Source: an uncultured Acidimicrobiales bacterium | GTDB taxonomy: Bacteria > Actinomycetota > Acidimicrobiia > Acidimicrobiales > RAAP-2 | NCBI GenBank assembly: GCA_963696495.1 | Contig: CAVOKJ010000001.1 | Span: 155,467-219,466 of the forward strand | DNA: 64,000 bases | Direction: 5' to 3' | Shown: one piece after another, positions 51,135 to 60,857 of the stretch | How the letters are laid out: each line of letters opens with the position of its first letter | How positions within the stretch are numbered: the first letter of the stretch is position 1 | Position numbers and translations under genes: made by a program | Notes under the pieces: model-generated | Seen by the model: the letters and a program-made list of their open reading frames with translations, nothing else | Databases searched by the model: none | Told to the model about the DNA's origin: nothing

Positions 51135-52790
51135 TCAGTGCTCGATGAGGTTCTCCCGCCCGGTTTCGGTGAACTCGGCCCGGAGGGCGGCCACATCGGC
51201 CCCGGTCATCAACGTGTAGGTCCGGTCGCGGCGCGACCGGTGCCAGACGGGGTCGGACGTCACCCACTTCTCCGCCCGCAGGGGCAATTTGTTCGGCTTG
51301 TCGGTGGCGGTCACCGGCAGTGCCTCCACGATCCTGACGTAGCGGGGCAACCACTTGGTGCCGAGGTCGGGCTGGGAGGTGAGGAATTCCGAGAAGGCCG
51401 TGGGGTCGAAGGCGGTGTCCGGCTCGAGCTCCAGGGCGGCCATCACCTGGTCGCCGGTGCGGCTGTCGGGGACGGGGAACACCGCCACCCCGCTGACGCC
51501 GGGATACCGACCGAGGATCCGCTCCACCGGGGCGGCGGCGAAGTTCTCGCTGTCCACGCGGAGCCAGTCGCCGGCGCGGCCGGCGAAGTAGAAGACGCCG
51601 TCCTCGTCGCGGTAGGCGAGGTCGCCCGACCAGTACCACCCGTTCCGGGTGCGTTCGGCCTCGGCCTCGGGGTTGTTGTAGTAGCCCTCGAAGTTCCCGA
51701 CGGACTGCCGGCCCACCAGCTCGCCGATGGCGTCGGACGCATTGGTGAGGCGACCGCCCCCGTCGAAGAGGGCGACGGCCTTCTCCTGGCCGGTCACCGG
51801 GTCGAGCACGGCGACGTCGTCGTCCGGCCGTGAGCGGCCGAGGGCGCCGGGCCGTGCGTCCGGGACCGGCTGCAGCACGATGGCGTTCTCACTCGACCCG
51901 TACCCCTCGAAGAGGGGGACGCCGAACCGGCGGGTGAAGTCGGCCTTGTCCGGTGCCGACGTCTCCGGGCCCAGCACGAAACGCAGGCGGTGGTCCCGGT
52001 CGTGCTGGCTGGGTGCGGTGGCGTTGATGTGGGCGATGGCCCGACCGACCGTGTTGAAGTAGGTGGCCCCCACCTCCCGGACGTCGGGCAGGAAGCTCGA
52101 CGCCGAGAACTTGCGGCGCAGGGCCAGGGTCGCCCCGGTGGCGAACGCCGGCAGCACGGCCGCCGAGAGGGCGTTGCCGTGGAACAGGGGCATGGCCGAG
52201 TAGAGGACGTCGTCGCTCGAGAAGGGCATGGTGGAGGCGGCCCGGGCCGCCCGGCCCTGGGTCATCCGGACGGCCTTCGGGCCCCCGGTCGAGCCGGAGG
52301 TGAAGAGCAGGAGGAAGAGGTCCTCCGGCGACGGCTCGTGCGGTGGACGGACCACCGATGCGGCACGGCCCAGTTGGCGTCGGTAGTCGTCACTGTCCAC
52401 CACCAGCACCCGGCCGGGGCCCGTCCCGAGGTCGAGTCCGTCGAGCAGCGGCAGCTGGGCCGAGTCGGTCACCACCAGCTGGCAGTCGGTCCGCCGGATG
52501 TCGGTGGCGAGCTCGTCGCCCCGCCGGGTCGGGTTGATGCCGACGACGATGGCGCCGGACAGGGCGGCCCCTCCCAGCAGGAACAGGTACTCGTCGGTGT
52601 TCTCCAGCAGCACGCCGACGTGGAAGGGGCCGTCGGTCCGCAATCCGCAAAGCAGGGAGGCGCGGACCTCCGACTCCGACACGACCTCCTGCCACGTCCA
52701 CCGCCGCCCCTCGAAGAGGAGCCCCGGGTGGGGATCGTCGGCCCGCAACCGGACCAGCTCGGCCGCCGTCTTCGGGCGAGAACCGCTCAT
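51135..52790 (-). CDS. Acyl-CoA synthetase / AMP-dependent ligase
   Basis: AMP-binding motif LLFTSGSTGGPKAV, plus later GWYWSGDLAY and a KLP C-terminal region. Confidence 0.9.
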   Translation of the reverse strand: MSGSRPKTAAELVRLRADDPHPGLLFEGRRWTWQEVVSESEVRASLLCGLRTDGPFHVGVLLENTDEYLFLLGGAALSGAIVVGINPTRRGDELATDIRRTDCQLVVTDSAQLPLLDGLDLGTGPGRVLVVDSDDYRRQLGRAASVVRPPHEPSPEDLFLLLFTSGSTGGPKAVRMTQGRAARAASTMPFSSDDVLYSAMPLFHGNALSAAVLPAFATGATLALRRKFSASSFLPDVREVGATYFNTVGRAIAHINATAPSQHDRDHRLRFVLGPETSAPDKADFTRRFGVPLFEGYGSSENAIVLQPVPDARPGALGRSRPDDDVAVLDPVTGQEKAVALFDGGGRLTNASDAIGELVGRQSVGNFEGYYNNPEAEAERTRNGWYWSGDLAYRDEDGVFYFAGRAGDWLRVDSENFAAAPVERILGRYPGVSGVAVFPVPDSRTGDQVMAALELEPDTAFDPTAFSEFLTSQPDLGTKWLPRYVRIVEALPVTATDKPNKLPLRAEKWVTSDPVWHRSRRDRTYTLMTGADVAALRAEFTETGRENLIEH

Positions 52791-52868
52791 GCCGGCCGCC
52801 CCGGTCTCTGCCGCCCCGGTTTCGGTGACCTCGGTCTTGGTGGCACCGGCTTCGGTTTCTCCCCCCGC

Positions 52869-54113
52869 CTACGAGTCCGGGCCACCGAGGCCGCCTCGGG
52901 CCCGCGCCTCGGCGATGCGCTCCTCGTCCCATCCGAGCAGGTCGGCCACCACCTCGTCGGTGTGCTGGCCGACGGTGGGCGCGTGGGACGGCGTGGGGAG
53001 CTCCTCGCCGACGAACTTGAGCGGGCTCGGGAGCTGCTCGGCACCCAGCTGCTCGGTGCTGTACCACTGGAACCGGTCGTTGAACTGCGGGTCGTCGGCG
53101 ATGGTCTTCGGGGAGTTGACCGGTCCGACGGGGAAGTTGGCCGTGACCCCGAAGTCGATCCACTCCTCGGCCGTGCGGGTGCGGAAGATGTCGCGCAGTT
53201 CGGCCCGCAGCTCGAGGTTGTTGCGGGCGTGGTCGGCGAACTTCGAGCCCGGCCACCGCTCGAACAGGTCCATGCGCTCCACCGCCTCGCAGAAGTTGCG
53301 CCAGAAGGCCTGTTCCGAAGCCATGAACAGGACGGTGCGCCCGTCCTTGGCCTCGTAGACCTGGTAGCGGACGCCTTCGACCATGCCGGCGGTGCCCGGC
53401 TCGCGCCGCTCGTAGTCGTCGGCCTTGTTGCCGGTCACCTCGGACTCGGGACGTTCGTAGGCCCGCCACGTCTCGCTCCGGTACCAGTCCATGGCCGCCG
53501 CCGCGTCGGACTGGGCGACCTCGAGGAAGGAGCCCTCACCGGTCGCCCGGGCCCGCACCACGGCGGCCAGGATCCCGAGGGCACCGAAGAGCGGGCCGGC
53601 GTGGATGCCCATCGAGGCGTGCTCGGGGAGGTAGCTGAAGCCGTCCTCGTTGACCTGGGGCGTGACGATCCCGGCCCAGGTGTCGAAGGCCACCCCGTGG
53701 GCCGGGAGGTTCTGGTAGGGACCGGTCATCCCGTAGCCCGAGATGGTGCAGAAGACGAGTTTCGGGTTCAGTGCGCGCAGGTCGTCGTAGCCGACACCGC
53801 GCCGGGCGAGGCCGCCGGGGCGCATGGCCTCGACCACCACGTCCGCCGTAGTCGCCAACTGCTTGAAGATGGAGACGTCCTCGTCGTTGCGGAGGTCCAT
53901 CACGATGCTGCGCTTGCCCCGGTTGATGTGCAGGTGCATGAGGGAGACGCCCTCGATGATCGGCCAGGTCATCTCGCGGATGTAGTCGCCGGCCGGGGGC
54001 TCGACCTTGATCACCTCGGCACCCAGGTCGACCAGGGGCATGGTGATGGCCGCCGGCCCGAGGGCCGAGCACTCGATGATCCGGATGCCGTGCAGGGGAG
54101 CGTCTCGTGCCAT
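52869..54113 (-). CDS. Family III CoA-transferase (CaiB/BaiF)
   Basis: LHGIRIIECSALGPAAITMPLVDLGAEVIKVE...NRGKRS N-terminal signature. Confidence 0.9.
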   Translation of the reverse strand: MARDAPLHGIRIIECSALGPAAITMPLVDLGAEVIKVEPPAGDYIREMTWPIIEGVSLMHLHINRGKRSIVMDLRNDEDVSIFKQLATTADVVVEAMRPGGLARRGVGYDDLRALNPKLVFCTISGYGMTGPYQNLPAHGVAFDTWAGIVTPQVNEDGFSYLPEHASMGIHAGPLFGALGILAAVVRARATGEGSFLEVAQSDAAAAMDWYRSETWRAYERPESEVTGNKADDYERREPGTAGMVEGVRYQVYEAKDGRTVLFMASEQAFWRNFCEAVERMDLFERWPGSKFADHARNNLELRAELRDIFRTRTAEEWIDFGVTANFPVGPVNSPKTIADDPQFNDRFQWYSTEQLGAEQLPSPLKFVGEELPTPSHAPTVGQHTDEVVADLLGWDEERIAEARARGGLGGPDS

Positions 54114-54170
54114 GCGGGGATCCTAATTGGCGCACGACCGGGACCTCAGTGGGCGCTGATCTCGCACCCC

Positions 54171-54278
54171 GCCGGAACGCCCCGCCGGAACGCCCGGCCG
54201 GGATCGCACTGCCGGGATCGCACGGCCGGAACGCCCGGCCGGGATCGCACTGCCGGGATCGCACGGCCCGGGTACAAT
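54171..54278. promoter_or_regulatory. Divergent promoter region with a tandem repeat array (two perfect 41-bp units at 54184-54224 and 54225-54265, plus a partial unit at 54171-54183) abutting a TACAAT -10 box (54273-54278)
   Basis: Read directly from the sequence. Each unit is built from 13-14-bp sub-repeats (GCCGGAACGCCC / GCCGGGATCGCAC), seven in total. It lies between the CoA-transferase operon and the SARP regulator. Confidence 0.75.
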
Positions 54279-54312
54279 CCGTGCGCACCGGAGTGGGGAG
54301 GGGCAGCATCCC

Positions 54313-57300
54313 GTGTCGCTGCGATTCAGGATATTGGGGCCCGTGGAGATCGAAGGGGACGCGGGCCCGATCGAGGTGCGCGGCGCCAGGCGTCGTGCCC
54401 TGCTGATCCGGCTGCTCATCGCCGGCAACCAACCGGTGTCCGCCGATCTCCTGGCCCACGACATCTGGGAGGGGAGTCCCCCGGTCGGGGCCTCGTCGAC
54501 GCTGACCAGCCACGTCTCGCTGCTGCGCGGCCTGCTCGGTCCCGACCGCATCGTCAACCGCGCCGGCGCCTACTGCCTGAGGGTGGAGGCCGGTGAGCTG
54601 GACGCCGCCGCCTTCGAGCACGAGCTGACCGGTGGACGGGAAGCGCTGCGTGACGACCGGCCCCACCAGGCGGCCGAACTGTTCGAGGGCGCGCTGGGAC
54701 GGTGGCGCGGCCGGGCCCTGGCCGACGTCGAGGGGGCGCCGTGGGCGGCGGGGGAGGTGGCGCGCCTCGAGGAGCTCCGCCTCGGGGCGGAGGAATCGCT
54801 GCTCGACGCCCGGATGGCCCTGGGCCTCCACCGCGAGGTGGTGCCGGCCGCCGAGGCCGCGGCGCGGGCCGAGCCCCTGCGTGAACAGCGATGGGCCGTC
54901 TGGATGCTGGCCCTCTACCGGTCGGGGCGCCAGGCCGACGCCCTGCGCGCCTACCAGAAGCTGCACGACCTGCTGGGCGACGAGCTCGGGCTCGAGCCCT
55001 CGTCGGCCCTCACCGGCCTCGAGCGGGCCATCGTCCTCCACAGCCCGGAGCTCGAGTGGACCAGGCCGCCGGAGGTGCCGGCCGCCGGCACGGGGGCGAC
55101 CCCGTCTGCGGTGTCCGGGATGGTGACCCTGTTGGTCGCCGAGCTCGTCGGTGAGGTCGGGGAGCCGTTCCGCACCCAGCTGGCCCTCCTCCGTGACGCC
55201 CTCGTGCAGCACGACGGCCTGGAGATCGAGAGCCGGACCGACGGGCTGTCGGCGGTGTTCACCAGCCCGTCGGCGGCACTGGCCTCGGCGGCGGCGATGC
55301 AGCAGGCCGTCGAGCGCCAGCAGCGCCGTCCGGGGCCGTCGACCGGACTCCGCATCGGGCTCGCCGCCGGCGAGCTGGCCGTGGGCGACGGCGAGTACGT
55401 GGGCGAGGTGGTGACCGAGGCATCGCTCCTATGTTCGTCGGCCGAGCGTGGTCAGGTCCTGGTGGCGCGGGTGGTCCGGGCCATGGCCGGGCGCCGGTGC
55501 CGGCTCGGGTTCTCGGACGCCAGCGGGGCGAGGGGGGGCGAGGACAATGAGCCCGGCTCCACGCTCTCCCTCGAGTGGAAGCCGCTGGTGGACGAGGACG
55601 ACGCCGTCCCCGTTCCCGCCGTCCTGCTGCTCGAGGGCCCGGGCTTCGTCGGCCGGGCGACCGAGCAGGCGACGTTGGCGAGGGCGCTCGAGCGGGTCGC
55701 CGCCGGGGAACGTCAGGTCGTCCTGCTCGGGGGAGAGCCCGGCATCGGCAAGACCGCCCTCGCCGCGGTGACCGCCCGGTCGGTGGCCAAGGACGGCGGG
55801 GTGGTCCTCTACGGTCGCTGCCCCGAGGTCGGGGCCCCGTACCAGCCGTTCGTCGACTCGCTCGCCCACTACGTGCGGTACGCACCCCGCTTCGAGCTCG
55901 AGGGCCACGTGACCCGGTTCGGCGGTGAGCTGATCCGCCTCGTGCCGTCGCTGGCCCACCGCGTGCCGGAGGCGTCGCCGCCGCTGTCCTCCGACCCGGA
56001 CACCGAGCGGTACCTGGCCTTCACCGCCGCGGTGGGCCTGCTGGCCGATGCATCCAGCCGGCGGCCGGTCCTGCTGATCCTCGACGACCTGCACTGGGCG
56101 GACGAGGCGACCATCGCCCTGCTGCGGCACCTGGTCACCGCCACCGTCGACCTCCCCCTGCTCGTCATCGGGACCTTCCGTTCCAACGAGATCACCCCCG
56201 ACCACCCCCTGGCCGACACCCTCGCCGCCCTGTGGCGCGAGAGCGGAGTGGGCCGCCTGGAGTTGGTGGGGCTCTCCCCCGACGAGGTGCTCGACCTCTG
56301 TGCCTCGATGGCCGGGCACCCGGTCGACGACCGGGAGTCGGTCGGCTTCGTGGCGGAGCTCCAACGCGACACCGGCGGCAACCCGTTCTTCGTCTGGCAG
56401 CTGCTGCGCCACCTGGTCGAGTCGGGTGGCCTGGTCCGGGACGACGCCGAGCACTGGTCGCCGGACCGACGGCTGCTGCGGGCCGGACTCCCCGCCAGCC
56501 TGCGTGAGGTGATCGTCCAGCGGGTCGAGCATCTGGGACCGGACGCCTCGAAGCTGCTGTCGTTGGCCTCGGTGATCGGCGTGGAGTTCGATCTGGCGGC
56601 GTTGGCCCGGGTCAGCGGCACGGACAGCGACCGGGTGCTCGACGTCCTCGAGCTGGCCGAGCGATCGGCACTGCTGGAGGAGGCCGGCGACGGCGGGACC
56701 TTCGCCTTCGCCCATGCCCTCACCCGCCACGCGCTGTACGACGCGCTCGGGCCCACGCGTCGGCGACTGCTGCACGCCCGGGTGGCGGCGGCGCTGGAGG
56801 AGGATCCGGCCGGACCACCGCCCCCGGCCGTCCTGGCCCACCACTTCTACGAGGGCGGTGAGCCGGGCCCCGCCCTCCACTACGCCGAGCTCGCCGGGTA
56901 CGAGGCGTTCGCCACGGTGGCCCCCGATGATGCCGCCCTCTGGTTCGGGCGGGCCCGGACGTTGCACGAGACGGTCCAGCCCGGCGATGACCTGCGCCGG
57001 TTCGACCTCACCGTCCGGCAGGGAGTCGGCCAGCTGCTGAGCGGAGATCCGCAGTTCCGCCGGACCCTGCTCGACGCGGTCTCCCTGGCCGCCGCCGCCG
57101 GCGACGCCCGGCGGATGGCCGTGGCCAGTCTGGCCAACACCCGTGGGTACTACAGCGCGGCGGGCGAGATCGACCGTGAGCGGCTGGGCGCGCTCCGCGA
57201 CTCGCTGGAGCGCCTGGGGGACGACGATCCTCAGCTGCGGGTGCGTCTCCTCGGCGCCGTCTGCAGGGAAACGGCGTTCGAGTCGTCGCTGGCCGAGCGC

Positions 57301-58347
57301 CGCGTCCTGGTCACCCAGGCCAAGCAGGAGGCGGGGGCGCTCGACGACCCCGTGGCGCTGTTGACCGTTCTCAACCAGGTCTTCGAGGCGCTCCGGCACC
57401 CGGACGCGCTCGCTGAGCGGATGGAGGACACCGCGGTGGCCCTCCACCTCGCCGAGGACGTCGGGGACCCGGCCGCGCTCTTCTGGGCGGTCGGCAACCG
57501 GATGCAGACCCTGCTCGAGTCGGGTGCCATGCCCGAGGCCGGTCAGCTGTTCGAGAGGATGGTGGCGGTCGCCGCCGAGGTGGGGCAGCCGGTCATGCGG
57601 TGGATGGGCGTCTTCGCCGGAGCCCAGTGGGCCTTCCTGCGGGGCGAGTCGGCCCGGGGCGAGCTGTTGGCCGACGAGGCGTTCGCCATGGGCCAGGCCA
57701 TCGGCCAGCCGGACGCCCTCAACTACTACGCATCCCAGATCTCACACGCCCGCTGGCAACAGGGCCGACTGCACGAGATCGTCGAGCTCATCGAGATCGG
57801 TAGCCGGGACAACCCGGGCATTCCGGGCTACGGCGCCGCGCTGGCGCGTGCCCTCTGCCAAGCCGGCCGGCACGAGGAGGCGAGGGCGCTGCTCGACGAG
57901 GCGACCGACCGTGGCTTCAACCAGTTGCCCGAGGATCTCCTCTGGGCCTACGGGATGGCGGCCTTCGCCGAGGTCGCCATCCAACTCGACCATGCCGGGG
58001 CCGCCGAGGTGCTCTACCGCCGGCTGGCCCCGTTCGCCGACGCCTTCGTCTTCGTCGGCACCGCCTGCGAGGGTCCCATCGCCCATTATCTCGGAGGCCT
58101 GGCCGGTGTGCTCGGGCACTACGACGAGGCGGATCGCCACCTCGGCGACGCCGCCCTTCTGGCCGATCGCTCCGGTTCGCCGTTCTTCGCCGTCCGGACG
58201 GCGATCGAGCGGGGTCGCCTGGCGGAGCGGCGAGGGGACCGGGCGCTGGCCCGCCGGTTGCTCGCTGACGCCAAGCAGTCGGCCGAGCATGGGGGATTCG
58301 CCGGCGAGTGCCGACGCGCCGAGGAGGCGCTGGCCCAGCTCGAGTGA
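54313..58347 (+). CDS. Large SARP-family regulator: OmpR-type wHTH + BTAD + degenerate class III cyclase-like domain + AAA (STAND) ATPase + TPR
   Basis: FRILGPVEIE...RALLIRLL...BTAD (WAVWMLALYRSGRQADALRAYQKL). Cyclase-like VTLLVAELVGEV...RTDGLSAVF...GLRIGLAAGEL. Walker A GGEPGIGKTAL and Walker B LLILDDLHWAD. Long helical repeat C-terminus. Confidence 0.85.
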   Translation: MSLRFRILGPVEIEGDAGPIEVRGARRRALLIRLLIAGNQPVSADLLAHDIWEGSPPVGASSTLTSHVSLLRGLLGPDRIVNRAGAYCLRVEAGELDAAAFEHELTGGREALRDDRPHQAAELFEGALGRWRGRALADVEGAPWAAGEVARLEELRLGAEESLLDARMALGLHREVVPAAEAAARAEPLREQRWAVWMLALYRSGRQADALRAYQKLHDLLGDELGLEPSSALTGLERAIVLHSPELEWTRPPEVPAAGTGATPSAVSGMVTLLVAELVGEVGEPFRTQLALLRDALVQHDGLEIESRTDGLSAVFTSPSAALASAAAMQQAVERQQRRPGPSTGLRIGLAAGELAVGDGEYVGEVVTEASLLCSSAERGQVLVARVVRAMAGRRCRLGFSDASGARGGEDNEPGSTLSLEWKPLVDEDDAVPVPAVLLLEGPGFVGRATEQATLARALERVAAGERQVVLLGGEPGIGKTALAAVTARSVAKDGGVVLYGRCPEVGAPYQPFVDSLAHYVRYAPRFELEGHVTRFGGELIRLVPSLAHRVPEASPPLSSDPDTERYLAFTAAVGLLADASSRRPVLLILDDLHWADEATIALLRHLVTATVDLPLLVIGTFRSNEITPDHPLADTLAALWRESGVGRLELVGLSPDEVLDLCASMAGHPVDDRESVGFVAELQRDTGGNPFFVWQLLRHLVESGGLVRDDAEHWSPDRRLLRAGLPASLREVIVQRVEHLGPDASKLLSLASVIGVEFDLAALARVSGTDSDRVLDVLELAERSALLEEAGDGGTFAFAHALTRHALYDALGPTRRRLLHARVAAALEEDPAGPPPPAVLAHHFYEGGEPGPALHYAELAGYEAFATVAPDDAALWFGRARTLHETVQPGDDLRRFDLTVRQGVGQLLSGDPQFRRTLLDAVSLAAAAGDARRMAVASLANTRGYYSAAGEIDRERLGALRDSLERLGDDDPQLRVRLLGAVCRETAFESSLAERRVLVTQAKQEAGALDDPVALLTVLNQVFEALRHPDALAERMEDTAVALHLAEDVGDPAALFWAVGNRMQTLLESGAMPEAGQLFERMVAVAAEVGQPVMRWMGVFAGAQWAFLRGESARGELLADEAFAMGQAIGQPDALNYYASQISHARWQQGRLHEIVELIEIGSRDNPGIPGYGAALARALCQAGRHEEARALLDEATDRGFNQLPEDLLWAYGMAAFAEVAIQLDHAGAAEVLYRRLAPFADAFVFVGTACEGPIAHYLGGLAGVLGHYDEADRHLGDAALLADRSGSPFFAVRTAIERGRLAERRGDRALARRLLADAKQSAEHGGFAGECRRAEEALAQLE

Positions 58348-58509
58348 GCCGTGGAGGGTCGGGACTGCCGGTGGCGGCCGCTGTCTCGGGGGCCTCGATC
58401 CGTGGCGGCCATCTACCGGCTGCGATCCGGTGGTGACGGCCCCCGTTGCGGTTGGGCCCCTTCGCGGACACGGTTGCGCCCGGGACGACGGCCCGTCACC
58501 CGGACATCA

Positions 58510-58540
58510 CAGCAGCCGGCCCGTTGAAGGCCGGCTGCTG
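58510..58540 (+). terminator. Perfect 12-bp stem hairpin CAGCAGCCGGCC-cgttgaa-GGCCGGCTGCTG
   Basis: Read directly from the sequence, about 160 nt after the regulator stop. No U-tract, which is the I-shaped terminator style common in high-GC Actinobacteria. Confidence 0.5.
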
Positions 58541-58887
58541 CCCGGTTCCCGCCATAGAGCCAGTCCGTCGATTGCTCGACGGAGAGGTGGACCCGGTAAT
58601 CGGGTCACCGACGCCGGGGGAGGCGTCGTGTGGTCACGATGACGGGTGACGATCCAATTCCGGTCCAACGTGGTGGCATCTGGAGGCGTTGCGCCACGCT
58701 CGTGGAGCGCGATCCCCGGGCATCGTGCCCCGTACGCTGCGGCTATGCATTGGGCGGACCACTCTGCGGGCCCGGAGTCGGAGCGTCCCGGGTCGGTTAC
58801 AGTGGGTGGCTGCTCGGCGCTCCCTGGCCGACCACCCCTCTTTACCAGTCGGGTGATCGACCGCCGGAGGGCCGGGAGTGGCAGCCA

Positions 58888-58964
58888 GCGCTCGTAGCTC
58901 AACGGACTAGAGCATCTGACTACGGATCAGAAGGTTGGGGGTTCGAATCCCTCCGAGCGCACCA
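58888..58964 (+). tRNA. tRNA-Arg (anticodon ACG), CCA encoded
   Basis: GCGCTCGTAGCTCAACGGACTAGAGCATCTGACTACGGATCAGAAGGTTGGGGGTTCGAATCCCTCCGAGCGCACCA. Cloverleaf with anticodon loop CUACGGA. Confidence 0.95.
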
Positions 58965-59817
58965 AAAGTCCAGGTCCCTGAGCCCGAATGCGAGGCCGCT
59001 AGGCCGGTTGTCAACGGTTGCACTCTCCTGTTGGGCACTTGCATGTCTTGGGGTAACCATCGCGCTGGCTGAACCCACCCCTGAGGCACCTACGAGAGCG
59101 ACTAATCCGACGGACCCACTACTGAGAGTCTCTTCACCTTTGACTTGATCGACACGACCGCCCTCCCCCTGGTCAATGGATGGGAATCGACGCGCATTCA
59201 TCCGCCGGAACCAATCTGCTCTTCGGCCTTCCCGGTCGTGGCGTAAATGCGCTTACCAGGGAAACGTTCGGCGGTGGCTGGGCCGCCAACAGAGGCATGT
59301 TCACGAGTCCTCGGCCGCCGATCTGACCAAAGCGACTTGCCAGGGGCAGGAAAGTCGGGATAGCACCCGGCACCCGGCACGTGGCTGCTATTCCCGCCTC
59401 ACGGGCTCGATCCCGCATGGTGAGGCCACCATGACGGTCGCCCAGTCGCCTCACCTCCTCCGCTCATCTCCGATCAGTTTCGGGGAGCGGAAGTGTTCGA
59501 TATATGGCGTCACAGTTCTGGCCTATCTTGCTCTTCGTGTTGGGTCGCCCCGATGGAAAGACAGCGCGGGGAGTGGAGCCGATCCTTCGGGCTTGCCAAG
59601 GCAGGCCGTCCACAGCTGAACCCAGGTCCAGTACCGCCGAACGCCTAGAAGCAAACGAGGCTCGAGCTGGTTGGGGGCCTTAGCTACGCCAGCTGAGAAC
59701 GGTCACCATCTAGTTGAGGGGGGCGATACTCATCACGCAGGACTGATGCCGTGCTGGACGTGTTGGTGTCCTCCGCACGTTTCCTACCTCGACAGCTCTG
59801 CATTCGAAGACCTCGGC

Positions 59818-60795
59818 ATGATCATGTGGGTGGTGGGGGTAACGTGGGGCGCAGTGCCGGGGCCAGTTAACGATGCGGTGCCATCCGTCAACGGACCCCA
59901 CAACGTCGCCGTCATCGCCCACCGGAAGAAATCGCTCGGGGAAGGGCTCCCTGAGCTTCGCCGGGCGCTCGCCGTCCACGGCGTTCCCGATCCCACCTGG
60001 TACGAGATCTCGAAGAGCAAGGAGGCCACGACACTCGCCGAGAAGGCGGTCGCCGGTGGGGTGAGCCTGCTGATCATCTGGGGAGGGGATGGCACAATTC
60101 AGCGCTGTCTCGACGCGGTCACCGGCCGGGACATCGCTGTCGCCGTCGTACCGGCCGGCACAGCGAACCTTTTCGCTGCCAATCTGGGTATCCCGGATGA
60201 TGTGGGTACTGCAGTACGGATCGCAATCTACGGAGACCGGCGCCCGCTCGACGTCGGGGTGCTAAACGGCAAGCGCTTCGCGGTGATGGCCGGCGTCGGT
60301 TTCGACGCGCACATGATGCTGATCGCCGATGGCGGGCTGAAGGAGCGGTGGGGTCAGCTCGCCTATGTCTGGGCGGCTATCCGGGCGACTCGCATTGCAT
60401 CCCAGAGGGTGACCATTGCTGTCGACGGCTCTACTTGGTTCGCTGGCCAGGCCGCCGGAATACTGCTCGGGCAGATGGGCACCCTGACCAGTGGACTTGT
60501 GGCGTTCCCCAATGCGGTGCCTGACGACGGTCAGCTCGAGGTGGCAGTGATCACGGCTGACACCTGGACTCACTGGCTCAGGGTTCTCTACCGGCTGATC
60601 TCAGGGCATCCTGAGCGCTCACCGCTGGCCAGGACTACCCGGGGCAGCACCGTTGACATCGCCCTCGACCAGGCGACCCCCTACGAACTCGACGGTAGCC
60701 CGAGGAAGGCGAAGAAGAGGCTGAGAGCGTCCATCGAGCCGGCCGCCATCACAGTGTGCGTGGCCAATTCGGCTGTCGCCAGTTGGCGTCCCTGA
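59818..60795 (+). CDS. Diacylglycerol/lipid kinase catalytic-domain protein (YegS/LCB5 family)
   Basis: VAVIAHRKK...LIIWGGDGTIQRCLDAV...VVPAGTANLFAANLGIP (DAGK_cat GGDG motif). ATG 59818 is preferred over the ORF start at 59671. Confidence 0.8.
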   Translation: MIMWVVGVTWGAVPGPVNDAVPSVNGPHNVAVIAHRKKSLGEGLPELRRALAVHGVPDPTWYEISKSKEATTLAEKAVAGGVSLLIIWGGDGTIQRCLDAVTGRDIAVAVVPAGTANLFAANLGIPDDVGTAVRIAIYGDRRPLDVGVLNGKRFAVMAGVGFDAHMMLIADGGLKERWGQLAYVWAAIRATRIASQRVTIAVDGSTWFAGQAAGILLGQMGTLTSGLVAFPNAVPDDGQLEVAVITADTWTHWLRVLYRLISGHPERSPLARTTRGSTVDIALDQATPYELDGSPRKAKKRLRASIEPAAITVCVANSAVASWRP

Positions 60796-60830
60796 CGATC
60801 GGGCGGACCGGGACCACTCCATCGGTTGAG

Positions 60831-60857
60831 GTGCCTCAGCCTCACAGGCTGAGGCAC
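60831..60857 (+). terminator. Hairpin GTGCCTCAGCC-tcaca-GGCTGAGGCAC after the lipid kinase gene
   Basis: Perfect 11-bp stem 36 nt after the stop, followed by TTG. Confidence 0.5.

Noticed and set aside
54171-54268. The tandem 41-bp array (and the 9-bp array at 45531-45571) as a CRISPR array.
   Set aside because: The repeats are directly abutting with no spacers. There are only two to four copies, no cas genes are present, and they sit in promoter or terminator gaps.
59198-59460. Integrase or serine-recombinase remnant next to tRNA-Arg. One minus-strand frame reads …GKRIYATTGKAEEQ…, vaguely like the resolvase N-terminus IYARVSTxxQ.
   Set aside because: The match is short and lacks the catalytic Ser context. 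No tyrosine-recombinase R…HxxR…Y motifs appear in any frame. It cannot be supported without a sensitive search.
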